Shown here piece by piece: positions 29,364 through 37,180 of a stretch of DNA of 64,000 bases; the first letter of the stretch is position 1; the number at the start of each line of letters is the position of its first letter. Source of the DNA: Candidatus Magasanikbacteria bacterium CG10_big_fil_rev_8_21_14_0_10_47_10. GTDB lineage: Bacteria; Patescibacteriota; Patescibacteriia; Magasanikbacterales; UBA922. The notes beneath the pieces are model-generated. The model was not told the DNA's origin and made no database searches. It saw only the letters and a program-made list of their open reading frames with translations. The stretch covers positions 4,203 through 68,202 of the forward strand of contig PFCB01000028.1 in the NCBI GenBank assembly GCA_002773135.1, read 5' to 3'. The position numbers and the translations under genes are program-made.

Positions 29364-30179
29364 ATGCGCAAGATCGTGAACATCATCATTTGGATTGTTG
29401 CCATTGGCCTGCTGGTCATCTACCCGCTTGTAAGCCGCGCGGATGAGGCGGCCGAGGCAGATGCCGACGAGGTGTCCGCGTTCGACAAGGGCTCAGCCCT
29501 GTTCGAAGCACGCGACTACGAGGCAGCAAAAGCTGCGCTGCTGAAAGTGATCGCAGACTCCGAGCTCACCCTAGGCCAGCGCGAGGAAGTACTCTTCATG
29601 CTCGGAGCGTCGTGCCACGAGCTTGGCAACCTCACATGCGCTGTCTTCTACTTGGAGAACTATCTCGCGATTGCAACAATCGCGAGCCCTCACCTCATTG
29701 AGGCGCGCAACCGCGTGAAGCGCATCAAGAATCCACCTCCACCTGTTGTCGAGGCTCCAAAGGAGGAGCCACTGCCTCCACCGGCAACCATGCCATCACC
29801 GGCAGAAGAGCACAAAGATGCGGAAGCATTGGCAAAGGCAGCTGAGCCAAGCCGAGGCATCATGCCGAACTGGTACGTATGGACACTGGGTGGAGCAGCT
29901 CTTGCCTGCGGAGTTGGAACAGTGGTGTACGGAGTCGAAGCGTTGAACCGCGAAAAGCAGACCCACTCACAGGACATCCAAAGCCGCGCCGAATATAGGC
30001 AACGCGTGGATGACATGGAGTCTGCGCAGACAGCCACGAACGTCTTCCTGCTCTCATCTGCTGTGCTTGGCGCCTCGGCCGGTGTGCTCTGGTGGCTGGA
30101 TCTGCGCGAATCCACACCATCGAACGCTCTTTCTCTCACCCCCACCCCTTCCGGCGCGACGCTTTCTGTCGCTTTCTAG
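29364..30179 (+). CDS. GC-rich island gene 1: membrane protein with N-terminal signal/anchor, TPR-like helical region, Pro-rich linker (KNPPPPVVEAPKEEPLPPPATMPSP) and C-terminal TM helix
   Basis: Start at MRKIVNIIIWIVAIGLLVIYPLVSRA preceded by GGGGGTG RBS; GC content rises abruptly here. Confidence 0.55.
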   Translation: MRKIVNIIIWIVAIGLLVIYPLVSRADEAAEADADEVSAFDKGSALFEARDYEAAKAALLKVIADSELTLGQREEVLFMLGASCHELGNLTCAVFYLENYLAIATIASPHLIEARNRVKRIKNPPPPVVEAPKEEPLPPPATMPSPAEEHKDAEALAKAAEPSRGIMPNWYVWTLGGAALACGVGTVVYGVEALNREKQTHSQDIQSRAEYRQRVDDMESAQTATNVFLLSSAVLGASAGVLWWLDLRESTPSNALSLTPTPSGATLSVAF

Positions 30180-30198
30180 CCGGCATGAGGCTGTCCAA

Positions 30199-30267
30199 AA
30201 GACCGCCCCATTCCCCTGTTATTCTGATCAAATCGGAATAAAAGGAGGAGATGGGCGGTCTTTTTTT
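30199..30267 (+). terminator. Structured terminator-like element: outer stem AAGACCGCCC/GGGCGGTCTT enclosing a 44-nt loop with inner stem TTATTC/GAATAA, followed by TTTTTTT
   Basis: Seen directly; AT-rich (host-like) composition unlike flanking coding DNA. Confidence 0.5.
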
Positions 30268-30327
30268 GCTAAAATTAGGTAAAAAAAGGAAAATACAAGA
30301 ATGTTCCCTATTCTTTCAGTCTTCATA

Positions 30328-30356
30328 TTGACAAAACCGCTTAATTATGCTAAATT
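30328..30356 (+). promoter_or_regulatory. Sigma70-like promoter (TTGACA - 17 nt - TAAATT) for the repeat-protein gene
   Basis: Consensus -35 hexamer and spacing; AT-rich intergenic. Confidence 0.45.
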
Positions 30357-30425
30357 ATCCTGTCTCGGTATACTAATATCGGACGTGTTTCTTACAACTC
30401 GCAGCCCTGTGGGCAAGGACAAGTC

Positions 30426-32639
30426 ATGAACCTCCGTAGCCTCGTCGGAATCGTTTTTTTCTTCAACTTCGCGGCGTGCATCGTGGGGGCGCCCGCCGGC
30501 GGCCCGGCTGAGTGCTACTCTGTCCGCGACTGCGCGGACAGCGGGCACTTCGCCTGCGTCAACGAGGAGTGCGTCGAGGTTGAGGACCCCGACGCCGATG
30601 TCAGCGGCAACGGCGGCGCGGGCGGCAGCATCGGCAGCCCGGACTTTGGTCCGGACGCCGAGCTGCCCGACATGATGGGCCCGCCCCCGTGCGAACCCGA
30701 CGTCGAGTGCGTTGTCCCCGATGCGCTCGGCCCGTGTGCCGATGGTGTCACGGTCTGCACCGAAGGCGGCGAGGTCTGCGATCCGGTCGCAACTCCGCAA
30801 GAGGAAGTGTGCGACGGCGTGGACAACAACTGCAACGGCGAGACGGACGAAGGCGACCTCGACAGGTCGTGCTTCTCCGGCAGGCCCGAGCAGATCGACG
30901 TCGGCATCTGCCACGCAGGCACCCAAGCCTGCGTCAACGGCGCCTACGGCGACTGCGACGGCGAGACCCTGCCCGAGCTCGAGGGCGACGTGCCCGACGG
31001 CGAGGACAACAACTGCGACGGATCCGCTGACGAGGGCTTCGACTGCCTCCCTGGCATCGAAGACCGCGAATGCGGCCGCTTGCAGGTTGGCACGTGCCGA
31101 CCCGGCCTTCAGTCCTGTCAGCCCGACGGAACCTGGAGCGATTGCGAGGGACAAACCCTCCCCGCGCCCGAGTTCTGCGATGGCATGGACAACAACTGCG
31201 ACGGCATGGTCGACAACAACGCCATGGACGCCGATGGTGTCTGCGCCCTGGGCACTGGTGCATGCGTGCGCCAAGGCCTCGGAATCTGCTTCGATGGCAG
31301 AATCATCTGCAACGCGGTCCCGGGAGTTCCGGGGACCGAGCGCTGCAGCGACAACATGGACAACGACTGCGACGGCCAGATCGATGAAGGCTTCCCCGAC
31401 CTGGGAATGGCCTGCGAGGCCGGCATCGGCGAGTGCGCTCGTCAGGGCACACTCGTCTGCGCGGGCGATCGACTCGCCTGCAGCGCGGTTCCAGGACAGA
31501 CCGCCGCCGAGATCTGTGACGGACTCGACAACGACTGCGACGGTGAGACAGACGAGGACATGCTGGGCAACCCGCTGTCCCAGCTGTGCTACACCGGCCC
31601 TGTCGGGACTCAAGGCGTTGGACTGTGCCGCACCGGCGTACAGACCTGCCAGAACAGTCGCTTCGGCGACTGCCTCGGGCAGGTCCTGCCAGTGCAGGAA
31701 CAGTGTGGCGACGGAAACGATGAAGACTGCAACGGCATGATCGACGAGTCCTGCTGCGACCCCAGCCCCGAGATCTGTAACGGTCGCGACGACGACTGCG
31801 ACCGCCAGATCGACGAGGGCAACCCGGGTGGCGGCGCGGCCTGCGACACCGGACAGTTCGGACTCTGCGGACCCGGCACCATGACCTGCCAGAACGGACA
31901 GGTCGAGTGTGCCGGCGTGGATCCGGCTGCCGAGATCTGCGATGGTCTGGACAACGACTGCAACGGTGAAGTCGACGATGGCTTCAACGTAGGAGCGGCC
32001 TGCGCGGTCGGCATCGGTCTGTGCGAACGCACCGGCCGCATTGCTTGCCAGGCCGGCTTGGCCGCGTGCGACGCGGTCCCGGGACAGCCCGCCGTCGAGA
32101 TCTGCAACGGACTCGACGACGACTGCGACGGGATGGCCGACGAACACAACGTGCCGCTGGTGCAAGACGGAGACCTCTCGGTCTACACCTGCTCCCCCGA
32201 CTTCGTGGTGCAGGATCTCGGAGGCGGTCAGTTTCTGCGGATCGACCGCAACAGTCAGCCCATCCTCCAGCAAGCCGCGGCGGCCAACGCCTGCGCGGCG
32301 CGGGGCATGCGCCTCCCCACCATCGCAGAGCTGCGGTCGTGGATCGAGGGCTGCCCGACTACGGAAACGGGCGGTGCCTGCCGCATCACAGACGCGGCTG
32401 GCTGTGCCGGCCTTGCCGCTTGCGAGGACCGGGCGAACTGCCAGTGCGCCGCGGCCATGGGGCCGGCTGCCGATGGCTGCTACTGGGCAGCCGGCGTCTG
32501 GCAGGGCGAGTGCAGCCAGAACTGGAGCAGCCGCGTTGATGGCGCCTACGCCATCGCGGCAGTCTTCATCTCCGGCCGCGTCACCGGGTACCAACCACAG
32601 CCCTACGCCTACCGTTGCGTGGCCCCCGGCCTGCCCTAA
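30426..32639 (+). CDS. GC-rich island gene 2: secreted lipoprotein (lipobox FAAC) with ~9 Cys/Asp-rich CDGxDNDCDGxxDE(G) repeats (MopE-type putative metal-binding / thrombospondin-type-3-like Ca-binding motif) and a C-terminal ~170-aa lectin-fold/DUF1566-like domain (GMRLPTIAELRSW)
   Basis: 737 aa; repeats CDGVDNNCNGETDEG, DGEDNNCDGSADEGF, CDGMDNNCDGMVDNN, CSDNMDNDCDGQIDEGF, CDGLDNDCDGETDED, CGDGNDEDCNGMIDES, CNGRDDDCDRQIDEG, CDGLDNDCNGEVDDGF, CNGLDDDCDGMADEH; strongly C-ending codons. Confidence 0.7.
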   Translation: MNLRSLVGIVFFFNFAACIVGAPAGGPAECYSVRDCADSGHFACVNEECVEVEDPDADVSGNGGAGGSIGSPDFGPDAELPDMMGPPPCEPDVECVVPDALGPCADGVTVCTEGGEVCDPVATPQEEVCDGVDNNCNGETDEGDLDRSCFSGRPEQIDVGICHAGTQACVNGAYGDCDGETLPELEGDVPDGEDNNCDGSADEGFDCLPGIEDRECGRLQVGTCRPGLQSCQPDGTWSDCEGQTLPAPEFCDGMDNNCDGMVDNNAMDADGVCALGTGACVRQGLGICFDGRIICNAVPGVPGTERCSDNMDNDCDGQIDEGFPDLGMACEAGIGECARQGTLVCAGDRLACSAVPGQTAAEICDGLDNDCDGETDEDMLGNPLSQLCYTGPVGTQGVGLCRTGVQTCQNSRFGDCLGQVLPVQEQCGDGNDEDCNGMIDESCCDPSPEICNGRDDDCDRQIDEGNPGGGAACDTGQFGLCGPGTMTCQNGQVECAGVDPAAEICDGLDNDCNGEVDDGFNVGAACAVGIGLCERTGRIACQAGLAACDAVPGQPAVEICNGLDDDCDGMADEHNVPLVQDGDLSVYTCSPDFVVQDLGGGQFLRIDRNSQPILQQAAAANACAARGMRLPTIAELRSWIEGCPTTETGGACRITDAAGCAGLAACEDRANCQCAAAMGPAADGCYWAAGVWQGECSQNWSSRVDGAYAIAAVFISGRVTGYQPQPYAYRCVAPGLP

Positions 32640-32722
32640 CCCACTTCTTCCATTTTTCCCTGGAAGTCCGCCACGGCGGACTCGGGAACCTACCAAGGAG
32701 CGCCTCTCTTCATGTTGAAGAG

Positions 32723-32756
32723 GGGCACAAACAAAAACCCGCCTTATAAAAGGCGG
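32723..32756. terminator. Bidirectional rho-independent terminator AAAAACCCGCCTT-ATAA-AAGGCGGGTTTTT
   Basis: Perfect stem, A-tract and T-tract. Confidence 0.8.
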
Positions 32757-32853
32757 GTTTTTGTTTGTACATACCGTTGACAAACACGCTTTTTTTTGCT
32801 AAAGTTTGCAGGCAAATTGCTGTCCAATTCGGACGGCAGCGCATGGAGGAACT

Positions 32854-33645
32854 GTGTCCGATCATCCGATCAAGAGCGCCGCGCACGACGCGGCGGAGAA
32901 GTTCACCCGAGACGGCCGACCGGCAGATGGGGTGGTCTACCGCGCCGTCCTGCCGGACAGCCGATCGAGCAGCTACTTCACCAGCTTCGGCTTCCAAGGC
33001 GTGGGGATGACCGCCCTTGGGTACCAGGTCGTGATGACCAGCTACTTCGAACCCATGATCAGAATGGGAGCGATCACGGGCTGGCGCGACAACGCCCCGC
33101 GCTACATCTATGCCCTGAGGGGAGGTGAGGCCATCGCGTGGACCGAGCTGGGTTGTCTGGCCAAGAAGGGCCAGAGCCAGCAGGAGAAGGTCCGCCTCTT
33201 CCCCGGCATCATGCCGGGCAGCGGCGCTGCGCGCGCCCAGACCGTCATGATGGACGCAGGCGGCACGCTCTGGCTGACGCGCAACGGAGAGACCGACCGC
33301 TTCTACCGCCTGGTCAAGACCGAGAGCGGCAGCTGGCGGCACATCGAACCGGTCATCCTGCAGGGACGACACACGGGGTGCTACATCGAGGCTGCCTCCA
33401 TGAGGAGCGATCACATCGCCGTGATCCGCTCGCGCCAAGATGGCACTCCGGCCTGGATGGAATCCTACGGGTTCAACGGTCGCTTTATTCCGGGCGCAGC
33501 CGACGAAGGACCCCGCACCCCTTGGCTGTACGGGTTGACCTTCCGAGCCGGCGATCCGGAACCATGGACCGTGATCGATACCACCACGCGCAAGGCCACG
33601 GTGCCGCGCGGCATCTACCGCGGCACCAAGTTGGTGCGGCGGTAG
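32854..33645 (+). CDS. GC-rich island gene 3: hypothetical cytoplasmic protein (no signal peptide), unknown family
   Basis: GTG start 7 nt after GGAGG RBS chosen; alternative ATG at 32806. Complex (non-low-complexity) amino-acid composition, in contrast to the antisense ORF. Confidence 0.4.
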   Translation: MSDHPIKSAAHDAAEKFTRDGRPADGVVYRAVLPDSRSSSYFTSFGFQGVGMTALGYQVVMTSYFEPMIRMGAITGWRDNAPRYIYALRGGEAIAWTELGCLAKKGQSQQEKVRLFPGIMPGSGAARAQTVMMDAGGTLWLTRNGETDRFYRLVKTESGSWRHIEPVILQGRHTGCYIEAASMRSDHIAVIRSRQDGTPAWMESYGFNGRFIPGAADEGPRTPWLYGLTFRAGDPEPWTVIDTTTRKATVPRGIYRGTKLVRR

Positions 33646-33864
33646 ATGCCGCGCGGCACCGCCCTCGCCTTCCTGCCCAATGGCGACCTGCTGGTCCTGC
33701 AGTACCGCCATGGCCATGGCGCCTTTGGCCGACCCGGCCGACTGGCCATCGTCAGCGCGGGCGCCCTTCCACCGCCGGTGTGACATGTTCCACCGCCTAC
33801 CGCATGGGGACTGGCCATCCCCTTCCATTCAATGCGTAGAATACATATTGTATTCATTGAAAAC

Positions 33865-33896
33865 AAAACACCGCCCTCTCTGAGGCGGTGTTTTGT
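33865..33896. terminator. Bidirectional terminator AAACACCGCC-CTCTCTGA-GGCGGTGTTTTGTTT
   Basis: 10-bp stem with A-tract and T-tract; marks the right edge of the GC-rich island. Confidence 0.75.
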
Positions 33897-33908
33897 TTCT
33901 TAAAATAT

Positions 33909-34787
33909 TTATTGCAAGTAGTACCCCAAAAGCAGACAAATAGCACCAACACCACCAACCACCATGCCAATGACATCACGCTTGCGCACCTGCCGCGCTT
34001 CACGAAAAATGTACAACCCTACCATCACTGCGCCCAGCGTATAAAAAAACGCTTGCAATGGATAAAGGACTGTCGCTGGATACACAAGCAGCGCATAGTA
34101 CACCGATGAAAGCGACCCGACAATGCACAGTGACAACAATACTGAGTGCGCGTAAACCTTCTTTCCTCGCATCAAACTCCAATCGCGCTCTACGATACGC
34201 GGCACAAATGATCCTGCGCACCCCCCAATGTACCACGATGTGACGTAGGTAATTAATGGGATCCCCTTTACCGCAAAAAAATTAACCAAAAAATTGATCA
34301 CACCGACCACTAACACAAACCCGACCAGAGCGAATAGCCAGTCCTTTTGCTCTTGTGAGCGATCGGTCGATGATTTTTTATAAAATAATGTAATGGCCCC
34401 GAGTGTTGCCAGGACGCCGACCCAAACAAGCGCGCCAGGAGCTGTCCGAAAATCAAAAAACGCCCATTCTCCCAAAAAAAGAGCACTCAGTCCGACGGCC
34501 AAGCCATTGATGAAAGGCAAGAATAAAATTGTCTTCGACAAACTCAGATGAACACCCCGAGCAAAAAACCACGCCCCGATTGCGTTGAATGCTCCTATCA
34601 AAAAAACCGGTAAGAGAACCGGAACACTTTGGGTAAAGAAAAAAGCGATCATCGTGACGAGCAAGGCAGACCAAATATACATGGTATTCACCACCACGCT
34701 CGCCTTGTGCCGCGCAAGAAGCTTTTTATTGAAATACTGACTAACGATTGCCGCGAGAATTCCAAGGACAAAAATGACAGGCACCAT
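33909..34787 (-). CDS. Polytopic membrane protein (~9-10 TM; DMT/EamA-like or polysaccharide-associated permease), last gene of long minus-strand operon
   Basis: 292 aa, almost entirely hydrophobic helices. Confidence 0.4.
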   Translation of the reverse strand: MVPVIFVLGILAAIVSQYFNKKLLARHKASVVVNTMYIWSALLVTMIAFFFTQSVPVLLPVFLIGAFNAIGAWFFARGVHLSLSKTILFLPFINGLAVGLSALFLGEWAFFDFRTAPGALVWVGVLATLGAITLFYKKSSTDRSQEQKDWLFALVGFVLVVGVINFLVNFFAVKGIPLITYVTSWYIGGCAGSFVPRIVERDWSLMRGKKVYAHSVLLSLCIVGSLSSVYYALLVYPATVLYPLQAFFYTLGAVMVGLYIFREARQVRKRDVIGMVVGGVGAICLLLGYYLQ

Positions 34788-34790
34788 ACG

Positions 34791-35546
34791 CTAACTGTTA
34801 TCCTCTGCGAGTGATTTGATATATCCTTCATTTCTTTCATACATCCCATTCAACTCCCGCCACTGTGGGTGAGCATCCACAAGCGCGCGAATATCAGCCA
34901 TTGAGCAGGGTCCTCCTGCTTCTTTGCAGGCCGCGGCAACATGTCGCAAAAAATCCAAATCTTCCGGGGTGTCCAGCGTCCATCGATATCCCGACCAATC
35001 TGCATCATGCACAATATTGCCTATAGCAAACAGAGTGGGATTCTTCCATATATAGGGCGTGACATGCTCACGCTCAGAAGAGAGCCCTGCTTCATTCCAC
35101 GCGCGTTCCAGAGCCTGAAACGAAAATACTTCAACGTCGATTCCGTCCGGATAGGTTGCCGGCTGCGTATTTGCGACATAGTCGTAGCCCCCTTTTTGAA
35201 ATTCTTGAACAATCCGGTCAATAACAGCAGGATCCATAAAAGGGCAATCGCCGGTTATTCTGATGACACTGTCGGCGTTTACTTTTTTTGCGGCCTGATA
35301 ATATCGATCAAGGACATCATCTTCACTTCCTCTGTACACCGTGAGTCCCCGCTCCTCCGCCCACGTTGCAAGCGGATCATCTTTCGCGTCAGTGGTTGTT
35401 GCCAACACAACCTGCTGAGTTGTGAGAGATCGTTTCACCGCATCCACAACATGCGCTATTGCCGGTCTGCCAGCGATATCAAGAAGCATCTTTCCCGGCA
35501 AGCGCGAAGACCCCATTCGCGCCTGAATAATAGCGACAACCTTCAT
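34791..35546 (-). CDS. CMP-nonulosonic acid synthetase-type cytidylyltransferase (NeuA/PseF/LegF/SpsF family)
   Basis: MKVVAIIQARMGSSRLPGKML N-terminal signature of acylneuraminate cytidylyltransferases; 251 aa. Confidence 0.75.
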   Translation of the reverse strand: MKVVAIIQARMGSSRLPGKMLLDIAGRPAIAHVVDAVKRSLTTQQVVLATTTDAKDDPLATWAEERGLTVYRGSEDDVLDRYYQAAKKVNADSVIRITGDCPFMDPAVIDRIVQEFQKGGYDYVANTQPATYPDGIDVEVFSFQALERAWNEAGLSSEREHVTPYIWKNPTLFAIGNIVHDADWSGYRWTLDTPEDLDFLRHVAAACKEAGGPCSMADIRALVDAHPQWRELNGMYERNEGYIKSLAEDNS

Positions 35547-36541
35547 ACGTAAGAAATAGAAATAAATCGCCCGGTCTCGTTGGACTCCTTTGCCGCAACT
35601 ATCAACCGCACGACGGCCGCACCGGAGGCAAGCGGCGTTTTTGTTTGCGTCCGCGCGTCTACGGCCTCCAAAAAATGGCGCGCTTCTTCTACATACATAT
35701 CATTAATGTCGTAATCCTCTACAAGGGGAAACTCCTCTTCATCGTGTTCCTTGGTCTTGAGAATGATTTTCTTTTCCGGCATAGACCAAAGAATAGTCCC
35801 TTTTTCGCCGACAAACTCAAAATTTCGTTGATAAAACCGCTGCAAGTAATCAAGGTGTATTTCCCCAATAGCACCGTTTTCAAATCGTAAAATCGTAGCG
35901 GCAACGTCTTCTACATCTATGTCAAGATCACTTACTGTATCAGCAAAGCAGGCAAGCTGTTTTACCGGCCCCACAAACCATGTAAGATAATCAAACTCAT
36001 GTGAATCAAGCAAAATTCCTCCACCTAATTTCTTATTTGCACTATACCCCTGTTTATAATCTTCCCAAGGATGCCAGTCTGGCAAATATTGGCCAAACTG
36101 ACAGCGAGCTGTCAAAATTTTTCCAATCGTCCCGGCATCAATAAGTTCTTTCATTTTGATAAACAATGGATAAAACTTCCAATTGCTCCCAACCATGGTG
36201 ATCAGATTCTTTTCTTTGGCTACTGCAATGAGTTGATCCATACCTTCCAATGAATGCGATACTGGCTTTTCTATAAACAAATGACACCCCTTATCTGCAC
36301 AATACAGAGCTTGCTCCATATGATATAGAGAAGGAGAGCAAACAAAAGCAATGTCAAAGGATTCGGCTTCAAACGCTTCCTCCATTGAGGGATAGACAGG
36401 AATGCCAAATTCATCTTTCAACGGCTGAATTCTGTCGGCATTCACCTCTACAATTGCCACTCCTTTTTCGCCCAACGAAATAAGATTCCTGGCGTGACGC
36501 TTTCCAATGGATCCGCCTCCCAAAACGAGAATGTGTTTCAT
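35543..36541 (-). CDS. Gfo/Idh/MocA-family NAD(P)-dependent oxidoreductase
   Basis: MKHILVLGGGSIGKRHARNL...EKPVS motif; 332 aa; start overlaps upstream stop. Confidence 0.8.
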   Translation of the reverse strand: MKHILVLGGGSIGKRHARNLISLGEKGVAIVEVNADRIQPLKDEFGIPVYPSMEEAFEAESFDIAFVCSPSLYHMEQALYCADKGCHLFIEKPVSHSLEGMDQLIAVAKEKNLITMVGSNWKFYPLFIKMKELIDAGTIGKILTARCQFGQYLPDWHPWEDYKQGYSANKKLGGGILLDSHEFDYLTWFVGPVKQLACFADTVSDLDIDVEDVAATILRFENGAIGEIHLDYLQRFYQRNFEFVGEKGTILWSMPEKKIILKTKEHDEEEFPLVEDYDINDMYVEEARHFLEAVDARTQTKTPLASGAAVVRLIVAAKESNETGRFISISYV

Positions 36542-37179
36542 AGGTAGGGCTGTATATCACAAAAAAATTGATCCTTGTTCTCAAAAAGAATAGTGCGTAA
36601 CCCCACCTCACGCGCCACCGCGATCTTGCTTTTGGAATTATCAATAAAGAGTGCCTCTTCCGGTGTCGCTCCCATCTGTTCCAGCATCTGCTCAAAAATC
36701 TCAGGACCGTCCGTTTTCATGCGGCCAACACCGGCATCGCAGCTAAACAGTATGGATTCAAATATTTCATTCAAATCGTGTTCCTGCCGGATATGGTCTC
36801 GCATTTCAACAGTTAAATCGGACAACAACCCGACACGGTATGTCTTTTGCAATTGCTTTGCAACGGTCAGCATATCGGGCCACAATGTATAGGAAGACAA
36901 ATACGCAGCAGAAAGCGCGCCCGGATTGATATCACTGTCTTCTGACAATCCAAAATGATTCATAACCCGTTGCCAAAATTCTGTTCCCTCGTATTTGCCG
37001 CGATAATAATCATTATACAGGGGGCGAACCGCTTTTGCGATATCGTCCGGGCCAAGCCTAACTTTTTGCTGCAACGCAGCCGACGCGAACGGTTCACCCT
37101 CGCTACAACAAACACCGCCCCAATCAAAAATAATGGCATGTATTTTCTCTTTCATGTTGTCTGCCGTGTCTTGTGCCAT
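36538..37179 (-). CDS. HAD-superfamily hydrolase/phosphatase
   Basis: Start at internal Met (MAQDTADN..) because the 5' part of the ORF overlaps the upstream gene; motif I IIFDWGGV (DxDGx-like). Confidence 0.65.
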   Translation of the reverse strand: MAQDTADNMKEKIHAIIFDWGGVCCSEGEPFASAALQQKVRLGPDDIAKAVRPLYNDYYRGKYEGTEFWQRVMNHFGLSEDSDINPGALSAAYLSSYTLWPDMLTVAKQLQKTYRVGLLSDLTVEMRDHIRQEHDLNEIFESILFSCDAGVGRMKTDGPEIFEQMLEQMGATPEEALFIDNSKSKIAVAREVGLRTILFENKDQFFCDIQPYL

Positions 37180-37180
37180 A

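Noticed and set aside
30426-32200. Possible CRISPR-like or tandem DNA repeat array
   Set aside because: The periodic repeats are protein-coding (CDGxDNDCDG motifs) with variable lengths and sequence; no spacer/repeat regularity and no cas genes.
30689-32718. Multiple overlapping plus-frame ORFs (30712..31740, 32041..32718, etc.) inside the MopE-repeat gene
   Set aside because: Alternate-frame artefacts of GC-rich repetitive DNA (Arg/Thr/Ala runs); no independent start signals.
30345-32783. 812-aa minus-strand ORF antisense to the repeat-protein gene
   Set aside because: Low-complexity Ala/Val/Gly/Arg translation typical of the antisense frame of high-GC DNA; runs through both flanking AT-rich terminators; the plus-strand frame has a signal peptide, RBS and coherent repeat architecture.
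32710-33828. 372-aa minus-strand ORF and 233-aa alternative plus-frame ORF (33138..33839) in the GC-rich island
   Set aside because: Shadow ORFs in GC-rich sequence; the minus ORF would traverse the 32723-32756 terminator; compositionally low-complexity (Ala/Gly/Arg-rich).
29300-33900. GC-rich island as prophage, integron or transposon
   Set aside because: No integrase, transposase, attC-like sites or terminal inverted repeats seen; only compositional evidence, so reported as HGT island or possible chimera rather than a defined mobile element.
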